Translations under genes and position numbers: made by a program
The notes under the pieces: model-generated
Seen by the model: only the letters and a program-made list of their open reading frames with translations
Database searches by the model: none
What the model was told of the DNA's origin: nothing
Shown here: piece after piece, positions 19,560 to 29,344 of the stretch
Position numbering within the stretch: the stretch's first letter is position 1
How the letters are laid out: each line of letters begins with the position of its first letter
Assembly (NCBI GenBank): GCA_038153405.1
Contig: JAYOYH010000007.1
Span: forward strand, 1 to 64,000
Source: Gemmatimonadota bacterium
GTDB taxonomy: Bacteria > Latescibacterota > UBA2968 > UBA8231
Direction of reading: 5' to 3'
DNA: 64,000 nucleotides

Positions 19560-21417
19560 GCTGAGCGTATACCGCCGCGACGGCGTGCTGCTATGGGCCG
19601 TGCTCTGCCTAGTCGGCTGGGTGTATGCCGGTGCGTTGGGGGGGGCGTTTCATTTTGACGACGAGCATTCGCTGCTCGACAATCCCCACGTGCGCGACCT
19701 AAACCATGCCTACGATTTCTTCACCGATTCACAGACCTTCTCGCGCAACGAAGGCAGCCAGATGTATCGGCCGCTGGTATTGCTCAGCTACGCGCTGACC
19801 TATCGCTGGCACGGCTACGAAGCGGGCGCATTCCTCGCAGTGAACTGGCTGCTGCACCTGGCCGTGGTGGCGGTGGCCTTCCTATGCCATCGCAGCATTG
19901 GCTTAGATGCCGGGCGCGCGGCGCTGGCCGTCTTGCTCTTTGGGCTGCACCCGGTGGTGGCCGAGCCGGTAAACTACGTCAGCGCGCGCTCCGAATCGCT
20001 GGCGGCCCTGTTTTCCGTGGGCGCGGTGGCGCTCTATCTACGTGAGTATAGGTGGGCAGCGCTGGGTTCGCTGGCGCTCTTCGCGCTGGCGCTCATGGCT
20101 AAGGCCAGCGCAGCCGTTGTGCCCATCGCGCTCATTGTGGCCGAACTGAGCCTGCTCGGTAGTTGGAGGAGCTTGCGCTGGCAGCGCCTATCGGGTTTTG
20201 CGCTGGTATTGGGGTGTTATATATGGGGGACTCAATCGCTGGTCAGCGAGGCGCTCATCGATGCGCCGGTGCGCTCGCTTGCCCAGCAGGCCGCTACCCA
20301 GACCATGGCGCTGATGTACTACGCCAAATTGGCGGTGGGCCTGCAGGGCCAAACGGTCGAGCATCAATTTTTTGTCGCCCATTGGCATGCCCTAGCCGTT
20401 TGGCTGAGCGCGGCCTGTGTATTATCGGCAGGGGCGCTGGGCGGCTGTTGGCTATGGCACTACCAGCGGCGGGCTTTCTTCTATGGGGTTTGGGCCGTTT
20501 TGGCGCTGCTGCCGACCCTAGTGGTGCCGCTTAATACGCTGGTCAACGAGCGTCGACTCTATCTCCCTCTCGTCGCCCTAACGGCGCTAGTAGCGCTGCT
20601 CCCCCTGCGCTGGTCGCGGCGCGCTAAGGGCCTTGCTGCGGTGGTCGTAGCCTGTGCGTGGGCACTGATGGCAGCACAGCGCTGTGCGGTTTGGCAAAGC
20701 GAGTGGACCCTGTGGACCGAAGCGCGCGAAAGGGCACCGCTCATGGCGCGTCCGCACGTAAAAATCGGGGTGCAGCTGCGCGCGCGCGGCGATTTTCAAG
20801 GCGCGCTGCGCGCCTATGAGCAGGCGCTGCAAATCGATGGGCAATACGCCCCGGCTCTCAACAATATGGGCAATGTGTATCGCCAGATGGGCGACGAACA
20901 AGGCGCGGAAGCGGCCTACCGGCGCGCCTTAGCTATTTGGCCGCACTACGTGGATGCGCTGATCAACTTGGCTACTCTCTACAGCGAGGGTGCGCGCCTA
21001 GAGGAAGCGCACGCCCTGTACGCGCGCGCGCTGCAGTTTGGTAACGGGCGCGCCGAATTGCACAACAATATGGGCACAAATTTTCTGCGCATGGGCGATT
21101 ATGCGTCCGCAGAACAGGCGCTGCGCCAGGCGCTGGTGCTGGCCGGTGAAACGCCGCGTATCCACTACAATTTGGGCGGGGCCTTGGAGGGAATGGATCG
21201 CTTGGTAGAGGCGCTCGACCACTACGGTTGGGCGGTGGCACTCGATTCGACCTACGCGCCGCCCTATGCCAAGATGGGAGCTGTGTCCGAGCGACTGGGC
21301 GACGGGGCGGCGGCACGGGTCCACTATGCGGCTTTCCTGCGCCACTGGAGCGGTGCTCGCGCCGTCGCTAGCGATGTTGCCCAGCGCATGGCTAGTTTGC
21401 CCAGCGGGGAGGAATAG
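19549..21417 (+). CDS. TMTC-like GT-C/TPR protein, paralog 3
   Basis: FHFDD, MYRPL, HPVVAEPVNYVSARSE, PLNTLVNERRLYLP; TPRs. ATG 19549 overlaps the end of asnB. Confidence 0.82.
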   Translation: MAVELSVYRRDGVLLWAVLCLVGWVYAGALGGAFHFDDEHSLLDNPHVRDLNHAYDFFTDSQTFSRNEGSQMYRPLVLLSYALTYRWHGYEAGAFLAVNWLLHLAVVAVAFLCHRSIGLDAGRAALAVLLFGLHPVVAEPVNYVSARSESLAALFSVGAVALYLREYRWAALGSLALFALALMAKASAAVVPIALIVAELSLLGSWRSLRWQRLSGFALVLGCYIWGTQSLVSEALIDAPVRSLAQQAATQTMALMYYAKLAVGLQGQTVEHQFFVAHWHALAVWLSAACVLSAGALGGCWLWHYQRRAFFYGVWAVLALLPTLVVPLNTLVNERRLYLPLVALTALVALLPLRWSRRAKGLAAVVVACAWALMAAQRCAVWQSEWTLWTEARERAPLMARPHVKIGVQLRARGDFQGALRAYEQALQIDGQYAPALNNMGNVYRQMGDEQGAEAAYRRALAIWPHYVDALINLATLYSEGARLEEAHALYARALQFGNGRAELHNNMGTNFLRMGDYASAEQALRQALVLAGETPRIHYNLGGALEGMDRLVEALDHYGWAVALDSTYAPPYAKMGAVSERLGDGAAARVHYAAFLRHWSGARAVASDVAQRMASLPSGEE

Positions 21418-21422
21418 GAAGG

Positions 21423-23315
21423 ATGGCAATGGGCCGGATGGACTGGTCGACCATATCCTTGCGAAGGGGATGGATCCTGCTGTGTGCGGTGACCTGTGCC
21501 GTCTATGCCAACGCCATCGACAATCCATTCCACTACGACGATTTTCATTCTATCGTCGACAATGGACGACTGCGCTCGCTAGCCGAAGTGCCGAAGTTTT
21601 TTTTGGATCCAACCGCCTTTTCGGCTGAGCCGCAAAATGCCATGTATCGGCCCCTCCTATTGGCTTCGTTTGCGCTAAACTATGCGGTGAGTGGCTATGA
21701 TACTTGGAGCTATCATCTCCTTTCACTGCTGCTGCACCTGGGCTGCGTCGGTCTGGTCGCAGCGGTGGGGCGCGCACTGCTCGGACCGAGCGGTGGGGCT
21801 TGGTGGGCGGCTTGCCTATTTGCCATCCATCCGATAAACAGCGAGCCGCTCAACTACATCAGCAGCCGCTCAGAAATTATGGCGGCGCTGTTCTTTCTCC
21901 TCGCCTTTTGGTCCTATCTGCAGGAGCATTGGCGCGTTGAGCGCTGGGTCGTATGTATTGCGCTTGCCTATGCCTGTGCGCTCTTGAGCAAGTCCATTGC
22001 CATTGTCTTGCCGGCTGTGATTCTAGTACATGCGCTGCTTTTCAGCCCTCGTCGACGCGCGCTGCCTGCGCTGTTTGCGGTGCTGGCAGGGGTAGCTTTG
22101 TCCTATCTGGCCTTCGTCTGGACGTTTCTCGCCCGGGCAACGCTGGGCGCGCCCGTGCGTTCCTACCAAGAGCAGGTATGGACCCAGGTCAAAGCGCTCG
22201 TCTTTTATCTCAAGATGATACTGTGGCCGAGCGGACAGAGCATCGACCACCAATTTCTCATTTCTGATAGTCTATTCGATCCGATTGCCGCCGCTGCCTT
22301 CCTCTTGCTGCTTTCGCTGCTGGCTATGGCCTTGCGCTATCGTTGCGGCCATCCGGCTCCGGCTTTTTTTCTCGCCTGGTTTCTACTTGTGCTGGCACCG
22401 TCGTCGCTGGTGCCCCTGAACGTATTGGTCAACGAACACAGGCTCTACCTGCCGGGGGTGGCCTTTTTTCTGGCCTTGGGCTATGGGCTCAATCGGCTCG
22501 TGCAATACTGGCCTACCTGGCGCAGAGGAATAGAAGCGGTAGCCTTGGTCATCGCCGTGGGCATGGCAGTGGCGACCGTGCAGCGCAATGGACTTTGGTC
22601 CAGTCCACTGGCGCTGTGGCAGTCGGCAGCAGCGCGCGCTCCGCTCATGGCGCGTCCGCACATATACTGGGGCGCGGCGCTGGAGGCACGCGGTCAATTT
22701 GACCAGGCCATCTACGCCTACGAGCACGCCCTCCGCCGCGATCCGGCCTTTGCACCGCTGCACCGGCGCCTTGGATCTGCATATGTCGCGGTCGACCGAC
22801 CCAAAGAGGCCATTGCAATCTATGCGCGAGGAGTGAAACTGGACGCGGCCGATGGGGCCATGTGGCTGGGCTTTGGCGAGGCGCTGCGCATGGATGGACG
22901 CTGGCAAGAGAGTTTGAGTGCCTACCGACGCGCCGTCGACCTGCTGCCGGACGACAGCGCCGCGCACAACAATTTGGGCAATACCTACCAAGTGTTAGAG
23001 CAGCCGCGGCAGGCCCTTGCGCACCATCTGCGCGCCCGCGAGTTAACGCCGGACGACGCGCAGACGCTGCTCAATCTGGGCAATGCCTATGCCATGCTAA
23101 GCGACGGAGAAAAAGCGATAGAAGCCTATGCAAAAGCCGTAGAAATCGATCCGAAGTACGACGGGGCCTGGTTGAATTTGGCCGGCGCGTTGGAGCGGGC
23201 TGGGCGCATCGGGCAAGCGCTTGAGGCCTACGAACGGGCGCTATTACTCGCTGCGGAAAATCGTCCCTACCTGCAGACTAAGATCGCCAAACTGCGCGAG
23301 GGGATCTATGAATAG
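21423..23315 (+). CDS. TMTC-like GT-C/TPR protein, paralog 4
   Basis: FHYDD, MYRPL, HPINSEPLNYISSRSE, PLNVLVNEHRLYLP, QRN..W; TPRs. Confidence 0.82.
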   Translation: MAMGRMDWSTISLRRGWILLCAVTCAVYANAIDNPFHYDDFHSIVDNGRLRSLAEVPKFFLDPTAFSAEPQNAMYRPLLLASFALNYAVSGYDTWSYHLLSLLLHLGCVGLVAAVGRALLGPSGGAWWAACLFAIHPINSEPLNYISSRSEIMAALFFLLAFWSYLQEHWRVERWVVCIALAYACALLSKSIAIVLPAVILVHALLFSPRRRALPALFAVLAGVALSYLAFVWTFLARATLGAPVRSYQEQVWTQVKALVFYLKMILWPSGQSIDHQFLISDSLFDPIAAAAFLLLLSLLAMALRYRCGHPAPAFFLAWFLLVLAPSSLVPLNVLVNEHRLYLPGVAFFLALGYGLNRLVQYWPTWRRGIEAVALVIAVGMAVATVQRNGLWSSPLALWQSAAARAPLMARPHIYWGAALEARGQFDQAIYAYEHALRRDPAFAPLHRRLGSAYVAVDRPKEAIAIYARGVKLDAADGAMWLGFGEALRMDGRWQESLSAYRRAVDLLPDDSAAHNNLGNTYQVLEQPRQALAHHLRARELTPDDAQTLLNLGNAYAMLSDGEKAIEAYAKAVEIDPKYDGAWLNLAGALERAGRIGQALEAYERALLLAAENRPYLQTKIAKLREGIYE

Positions 23316-25467
23316 GGCGCTGTGTCTGGTCGGCGTATGCGGACTGCTCTATGCCAATGCGCTGGGCGGCGCGTTTCACTACGACGACTTCCACTCCATC
23401 GTCGATAATCCCCATCTGCGCTCGCTGGCCAACGCGCCTGTTTTTTTTGCTGATCCCGATATGTTTTCCGCTGATCCCGACAAGAGCATGTATCGCCCGT
23501 TGCTCTTGCTGACCTATGCGCTCAACTACGCGCTAGGCGGCTACCAACCCTGGGGCTACCTGCTGGTTAATCTGCTCTTGCACGCTATGGTCAGCGCACT
23601 CGTCGCCCTGCTGGCCGAGGGGATGCTGGGCAGTGTGCGCGCCGGCTGGGTTGCCGGGCTGTTCTTTGCCGTTCACCCGCTGGCCACGGAGTTGGTTAAC
23701 TACGTCAGCAGCCGATCGGAGTCGCTGGCCGCTTGCTTGTACCTGTTGGCGCTGGCCGCGCACTGGGGCCTAGTGAGGGGCCGGAGCGGTGCAGCTTTGA
23801 GTGCCTATGGCGGTGCGCTGCTGGCCAAATCCGTCGCGATCAGCGCACCGCTGGCCGCCCTGGGATGGGATCGGCTGCAGGGGCACGCCCTGCGCCTGCG
23901 GGTCTATGCTCCCTATGGCGCGGTGGCCCTTTGCTATGTGGCAATCGTTTACTACAACCGCTTTATCGGCGATTCGCTGGCGGCTCCGGTGCGGCCTTTT
24001 GCAATGCAGCTATGGACGCAGCTCAAGGCGCCGGCCTATTACAGCTACCTAGCTTTTATGCCGGTAAAACTCAACGTGCAGCACCAATTTTTCACTTCGT
24101 CTGGGCCTGCGGAGCCGGCCGTTTGGCTGGGGCTGTGTTTGGTTATGAGCCTACTGTATTTGTGCTGGTGCGGTCGGCGCTCACCCTTTGGCTGGTCTCT
24201 GCTATGGGCGGGGCTAGTGCTGGCTCCCACCTTTATCATGCCGCTCAATATGCTGGTCAACGAACGGCGCTTATATCTGCCTATGGCCGGTCTGGCGCTG
24301 GCGTTGGCGTGGGGGTTGCGGCGCACCTCGATGCCCACGGTGCTGGTCCTGTTGGTCGTGCTGTCCTACGCGGGGCTAACGGCGCAGCGCAATGCGGTAT
24401 GGGAAGACGAACTGCGGCTATGGATGGATGCTGAAAAGAAGGCACCGCAGATGCATGCGGTGCAAAACAACTTGGGAAAGGCCCTGCAGGAAGCCGGGCG
24501 CTGGGACGAGGCGTTGGTCGCCTACCAGCGCGCCGTGGCCATCAACCCGCGGCACGGCGACGCCTATAACAACGCGGCTACCATTTACCATCTGCGCGGC
24601 AAAGAGATGCTAGCGGAGGGGAGGAACGTAGAGGGTGTGGCGTCTTTGCGCTTGGCACAGAGCGAGTATCGCAAGGCCCTCGCTGCTTACCCGAACTACG
24701 AAGAGATTCATCAAAACTTAGCCGTCGCCTGCGCTGAACTCGGAGAAATAGATTCGGCCTTTGCCCATTATCGCCGGGCGCTCGAGCTGGATCCGGGCCG
24801 AGGCGACGTTTGGAATAACTACGGACAACTGCTCTACGACGGCGGTCACCTAGACCGAGCAGAGGAGGCCTTCATGCGCGCCGTCCAAACCATGCCCAAA
24901 CAGGCTGAACCCTTCAATAACTTGGGCAATATATACGCCGACCGGGGGGATTGGACTCAAAGTATTCGCCACTATGAGCAGGCACTGGAGCGAGCCGACA
25001 CGCAGCACCAGGCCGTTGCCATAAATCTGGTTTCCGCACTGCGCAACGGTGGGCACTACGATCGGGCACGCGCGTTTCTGCGGGAGCAGATGGCGATGGG
25101 TGGACAACGCGCGCTCTGGCTCTACCATCGCGCACTGGTCGAGCGCGCCGCCGGTCGCAGCGATGAGGCCGAACGAGTGCTGGCAGGAGTGGCGGTGGGG
25201 GGCAATGTGCAGGCGCTGGTGCTGTGGGGGGAAGTGCTGAGCGATTTGCAGCGCTACGGCGAAGCCGCCGAGCGCTTTCAAGCGGCGCTGGCTACCGATG
25301 GCCGCCATGCGCGCGCCTTGTTTGGCTTGGGCGTTGCGCAGATGCGCGGCGATCAGACGGAAGCAGCGCTAGGCACACTGCGCGCGTTTCTGATCCATTG
25401 GGGTCAGGACGACGCGCGCGCGCGGCAGGTGCGCGGGTGGATCGGCCAGTTGGAGGGCACCCCGTGA
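23308..25467 (+). CDS. TMTC-like GT-C/TPR protein, paralog 5 (longest TPR region)
   Basis: FHYDD, MYRPL, HPLATELVNYVSSRSE, PLNMLVNERRLYLP, QRNAVW; ATG 23308 follows GAGGGG. Confidence 0.82.
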   Translation: MNRALCLVGVCGLLYANALGGAFHYDDFHSIVDNPHLRSLANAPVFFADPDMFSADPDKSMYRPLLLLTYALNYALGGYQPWGYLLVNLLLHAMVSALVALLAEGMLGSVRAGWVAGLFFAVHPLATELVNYVSSRSESLAACLYLLALAAHWGLVRGRSGAALSAYGGALLAKSVAISAPLAALGWDRLQGHALRLRVYAPYGAVALCYVAIVYYNRFIGDSLAAPVRPFAMQLWTQLKAPAYYSYLAFMPVKLNVQHQFFTSSGPAEPAVWLGLCLVMSLLYLCWCGRRSPFGWSLLWAGLVLAPTFIMPLNMLVNERRLYLPMAGLALALAWGLRRTSMPTVLVLLVVLSYAGLTAQRNAVWEDELRLWMDAEKKAPQMHAVQNNLGKALQEAGRWDEALVAYQRAVAINPRHGDAYNNAATIYHLRGKEMLAEGRNVEGVASLRLAQSEYRKALAAYPNYEEIHQNLAVACAELGEIDSAFAHYRRALELDPGRGDVWNNYGQLLYDGGHLDRAEEAFMRAVQTMPKQAEPFNNLGNIYADRGDWTQSIRHYEQALERADTQHQAVAINLVSALRNGGHYDRARAFLREQMAMGGQRALWLYHRALVERAAGRSDEAERVLAGVAVGGNVQALVLWGEVLSDLQRYGEAAERFQAALATDGRHARALFGLGVAQMRGDQTEAALGTLRAFLIHWGQDDARARQVRGWIGQLEGTP

Positions 25468-27356
25468 GCACGGCGTGGATAGGTAGGGCTTTCGGCCTGA
25501 GTTTGGGAGTTTGGTTGGTCTACGGCCAGGCGCTGGGCGGTAGTTTTCACTACGACGACTTCCATTCGCTGGTATTCAATCCCCACCTGCGCGATTTGGG
25601 TAATATAGGGTCCTTCCTAATCGACCCATCCTTATTCTCGGTCGACCCCGACAAGGCGATGTACCGTCCGCTGGTATTGGTCAGCTATGCGCTCAATTAC
25701 GCCTGGGGCCAGTATAATCCCGCCGGCTATCTGCTCGTTAATGTATCGATCCACCTGGTCAATGTGCTGCTCGTTTGGGGCGTTGGGCGGCGGCTGGGGT
25801 TGAGTGAAAGTGGGGCGCTGTGGTCGGCCGTACTATTTTGCGTCCATCCATTGGTGGGCGAGCCGGTAAACTACGTCAGCAGCCGCTCGGAAAGCCTAGC
25901 CGTCGCAGGCCAGCTGGCCGCATTCTACTTCTACTTGGGTGACGGGCGAGACCGCTGGCAGTGGGCCAGCGGGGCGGCGCTGCTGTGCGCGCTGCTTTCC
26001 AAATCCATCGCCGCCGTGCTGCCGGCTGTGCTGCTGGCCTACGAAGTGCTATGGCGCAGGCAGGACATATCGTGGCGCCGCCACGCGCCCTATTGGTTGC
26101 TCACCGCTGCGTATATTGGGATAATTAGCGCCAATCGATTTTTGGGTCCTGCGCTGGCCAAGGCGCCGCGCGGCCTGTACGAGCAGTTGCTTACTCAAGG
26201 TAAGGCGCTGGTCTATTACGCTTATTTACTGGCTGAGCCGGTGCGCCTCAGCGTTGAGCATCCGTTTGGCGTGGCCGACCAATTGGGCACGGTGACCCTG
26301 TTGGCCTTGGCTGCGGTCGGCAGTTTGGTCGCTGTTGCGTTGGCTCAGGGCGATCGCCGCATGCGCTTTTTGCTGTGCTGGGGTGGGCTGTCGCTGCTGC
26401 CGACGCTGGTCGTACCGCTCAACGTGTTGGTCAACGAACACCGGCTTTACATGCTCGTCGCGGTCATGGCGATTGCCTTGGGTATGGGCTGGGAGCGGTG
26501 GGGGCGCGCCGTGCGGTGGAGCCTCTGTGCATGGGTGCTGGTCGCTGGTTTGCTTTCGCATCAGCGCATTGAGGTCTGGCGCGACGAGCTAAGTCTATGG
26601 CGGGATGCGGCAAATAAGGGGCCGCAGATGGTGCGGCCGCAGGTCTTTCTCGGCAATGCCTGGCGGGTGGCAGGAGATAGTGCCTCGGCGCGCTCGGCCT
26701 ACGAGCGCGCGCTAGAGCTCGATCCACTTCACCGTTCGGCGCGCACCAATTTGGCCAATCTCTTTCTCGAGGCCGCGCAGTCCGATCGCGTGCAGAGGCC
26801 GTCGCTGTTGGAGCGAGCAGAAGGGCACTATCGGCGGGTATTGGAACTTGAGCCGGGGTATCGCGAGGCCCTTACCAACTTGGGCAGCTTGTATATGCTG
26901 CGCGGAGAATGGGTGCCCGCTGCACACGTGCTCTCGGCCGCAGTAGAGCAGCATCCTTTCTACGCTGATGCCTATTTTAACTTGGGTCTGGTGCGCGTTG
27001 AACTCGGAGATTTCGCAGCGGCCGTCGAGCTGTTTAGACGTGCTGTGCAGTTGGAAGACGGGGTCGAAGTGTGGTATGAATTGGCCAATGCCCACGCGCG
27101 ACTGGGGCAGCTGGCCGAAGCGGCGGCGGCCTATCGGCAGGTGCTCGAGAGCGCGCGCCGCGATGAACGCGCCTTGTATAACTTGGCCGAAGTTTTGCTC
27201 GTGGCCGGTGAGCGAGCGGGTGCCGCTTCGGGTGATGTGAGAGGAGTCGCGATGTGGCGAGAAGGGCAGGAGGCATTGGAAGCGCTGCTCAAGGTTGATC
27301 CCGATCACGTGCGCGGAGCCCTGCGGCTGCGCCAGCTTCGCGAGCGCCTGCCGTGA
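25464..27356 (+). CDS. TMTC-like GT-C/TPR protein, paralog 6
   Basis: FHYDD, MYRPL, HPLVGEPVNYVSSRSE, PLNVLVNEHRLY; GTGA coupling with a GGAGG RBS. Confidence 0.82.
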   Translation: MSTAWIGRAFGLSLGVWLVYGQALGGSFHYDDFHSLVFNPHLRDLGNIGSFLIDPSLFSVDPDKAMYRPLVLVSYALNYAWGQYNPAGYLLVNVSIHLVNVLLVWGVGRRLGLSESGALWSAVLFCVHPLVGEPVNYVSSRSESLAVAGQLAAFYFYLGDGRDRWQWASGAALLCALLSKSIAAVLPAVLLAYEVLWRRQDISWRRHAPYWLLTAAYIGIISANRFLGPALAKAPRGLYEQLLTQGKALVYYAYLLAEPVRLSVEHPFGVADQLGTVTLLALAAVGSLVAVALAQGDRRMRFLLCWGGLSLLPTLVVPLNVLVNEHRLYMLVAVMAIALGMGWERWGRAVRWSLCAWVLVAGLLSHQRIEVWRDELSLWRDAANKGPQMVRPQVFLGNAWRVAGDSASARSAYERALELDPLHRSARTNLANLFLEAAQSDRVQRPSLLERAEGHYRRVLELEPGYREALTNLGSLYMLRGEWVPAAHVLSAAVEQHPFYADAYFNLGLVRVELGDFAAAVELFRRAVQLEDGVEVWYELANAHARLGQLAEAAAAYRQVLESARRDERALYNLAEVLLVAGERAGAASGDVRGVAMWREGQEALEALLKVDPDHVRGALRLRQLRERLP

Positions 27357-29344
27357 GGAGGCTGTACGGGGTGCTCATTGCGCACAGGAGCGCCTCAGCG
27401 CTCCTATTGGTAGTGTGCTCAGCGCTGGTCTTTATAAACGCGCTCGACAATGGCTTTCAATACGATGACCGCCATTCGATCGTAGAAAATCCCCACATCC
27501 GCGAGTTGGGCAATATCGGCGCGTTTTTTTCCGATCCTACCTTTTTTTCGCGCGATGCCGATAAGGCGATGTACCGCCCCCTGCTGCTGGTGACGCTGGC
27601 GCTAAATTACGCTTGGAGCGGCTACGAACCCTATTCCTATCACCTGGTCAGTTGGGCGCTGCATGCACTTGGCGGGCTGCTGGTATGGGGCATCTTACTG
27701 TGTGCGCATAGGCCGCCGTGCCTAGCCCTGTTGGGCGGACTGCTCTTTGTCGTGCATCCGCTGTGCAGCGAACCTGTTAACTACATTAGCTCGCGCTCTG
27801 AACTGCTCGCCGCGGTGGGAGCTCTGGCCGCACTTTGGCTCTATATGCGGAGTGCACAAACCAGTGTATCTTGGTCGCTGGCCCTTTCCCTGCTCTGCTT
27901 TGCCGGCGGGCTGCTCGCCAAATCGGTGGCCATTGTCGCGCCTGTGTGGCTAGTGGTCTGGGACGTGCAGCGAGGAGCGGGGTTGCGCTGGCGGCGCTAT
28001 CTGCCCTACGGCGTGGTCGCGCTGGGCTATCTCGCATTGGTGCGTCAGGCCCTCGCGCGCGCCGTGCTCAGCGAGCCGGTGCGCGCGCTCGACGTGCAGT
28101 TGGCCACGCAGGTCAAGGCGCTGGCCTATTACGTCTATCTGGCATGGGCGCCCATTCATCTCAGCGTTGATCATGCCTTCGCCGAGTCCGGACCGGGCGA
28201 TCCGCTGGTTTGGCTCGCGCTATTGGCCCTAATGTCGGGTGTTGTCCTCGCGCTGTGTAACCGGAGTGAATATCTGGGGCTAGTACTGGCGCTCAGCGCG
28301 CTGCTACCAACGCTTATTGTACCCCTCAACGTGCTGGTAAACGAGCACCGGCTCTACCTGCCCGTCGCCGGGTTGGCCATCGCGCTGACGGGTATGCGCG
28401 GGCTAGAAAGGGTGCCCGGTATGAGCTTGGGCGCGCCGCTGATGCTGTGTCTACTGTCGGCGATGACCCTACAGCGCAATGTCGATTGGCGCGACGAGTT
28501 CAGCCTGTGGAGTGCGGCTCACCGCACCAATCCTCGCTCTGTGCGCCCCCTGGTCTATATGGGCAATGCTGCGCGGGCAGATGGCAATGCTGACGGCGCG
28601 CGCACGGCTTATCGCAAGGCGCTCGATCTGGATCCGCACAACGCCGTTGCCCTGGCGGGCTTGGGTGGGGTTTTTATGGATGGAGGGCAAATGGCCCAGT
28701 CGATCGCGCTCTATGATCGCGCGCTGCAAGCGCAGCCGCAGATGACGGATTTGCACTACAGTTTGGCACGGGCGCTGCAGGAGGACGGTCGCTTGTTCGA
28801 GGCACGCGCGCACTACGCCGCCCTAGGCGAGGACAGCCCCCATCGCCCGATCGCGCTCAACAATATCGGCACGACGTTTGAATTAGAGGACGAGGTGGAC
28901 AGCGCGTTGACATACTATCGCCGGGCGGCAGCAGGGGGGGCTATCGACGGGCGCGGCAATCTCGAACGGTTGGTGGGGCGCTTGGTCGGCCAAGCTGAAC
29001 AAGCGGTAGAGGCCGGCGATTGGCGGCGCGTCGAGTGGGCCGCGCGCGCCGCACTGCGGGGCCATGATGGGCATATATACGCGCGTTTTTTCCTCAGCGT
29101 CAGTCTGCTGCAGCAGGGGCGTGGGGAAGAGAGCATCACCGAAAACGAGCGCTTGCTGCGCGCTCAACCCGATTTCGACGAAGGGTGGCTACAGCTGGCC
29201 AATGCCTACGAGACCGTTGGTCGGCCGGATAGGGCGCGTGCTGCCTATCAACAGCTCATCGATCGCGGGCAGCGTGTATCCATGCAAAAGCTGGCCCAGC
29301 AGCGTCTACAGCGCCTGCAAGGCCGCGTGGAAGGAACGCCATGA
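27353..29344 (+). CDS. TMTC-like GT-C/TPR protein, paralog 7
   Basis: FQYDD, MYRPL, HPLCSEPVNYISSRSE, PLNVLVNEHRLYLP, QRN..W; GTGA coupling. Confidence 0.82.
   Translation: MRRLYGVLIAHRSASALLLVVCSALVFINALDNGFQYDDRHSIVENPHIRELGNIGAFFSDPTFFSRDADKAMYRPLLLVTLALNYAWSGYEPYSYHLVSWALHALGGLLVWGILLCAHRPPCLALLGGLLFVVHPLCSEPVNYISSRSELLAAVGALAALWLYMRSAQTSVSWSLALSLLCFAGGLLAKSVAIVAPVWLVVWDVQRGAGLRWRRYLPYGVVALGYLALVRQALARAVLSEPVRALDVQLATQVKALAYYVYLAWAPIHLSVDHAFAESGPGDPLVWLALLALMSGVVLALCNRSEYLGLVLALSALLPTLIVPLNVLVNEHRLYLPVAGLAIALTGMRGLERVPGMSLGAPLMLCLLSAMTLQRNVDWRDEFSLWSAAHRTNPRSVRPLVYMGNAARADGNADGARTAYRKALDLDPHNAVALAGLGGVFMDGGQMAQSIALYDRALQAQPQMTDLHYSLARALQEDGRLFEARAHYAALGEDSPHRPIALNNIGTTFELEDEVDSALTYYRRAAAGGAIDGRGNLERLVGRLVGQAEQAVEAGDWRRVEWAARAALRGHDGHIYARFFLSVSLLQQGRGEESITENERLLRAQPDFDEGWLQLANAYETVGRPDRARAAYQQLIDRGQRVSMQKLAQQRLQRLQGRVEGTP

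Noticed and set aside
25450..29344. Identical C-terminal EGTP in paralogs 5 and 7 as a sorting signal
   Set aside because: It is more simply explained by the embedded RBS and (A/G)TGA coupling to the next gene, and it is not shared by the other copies.
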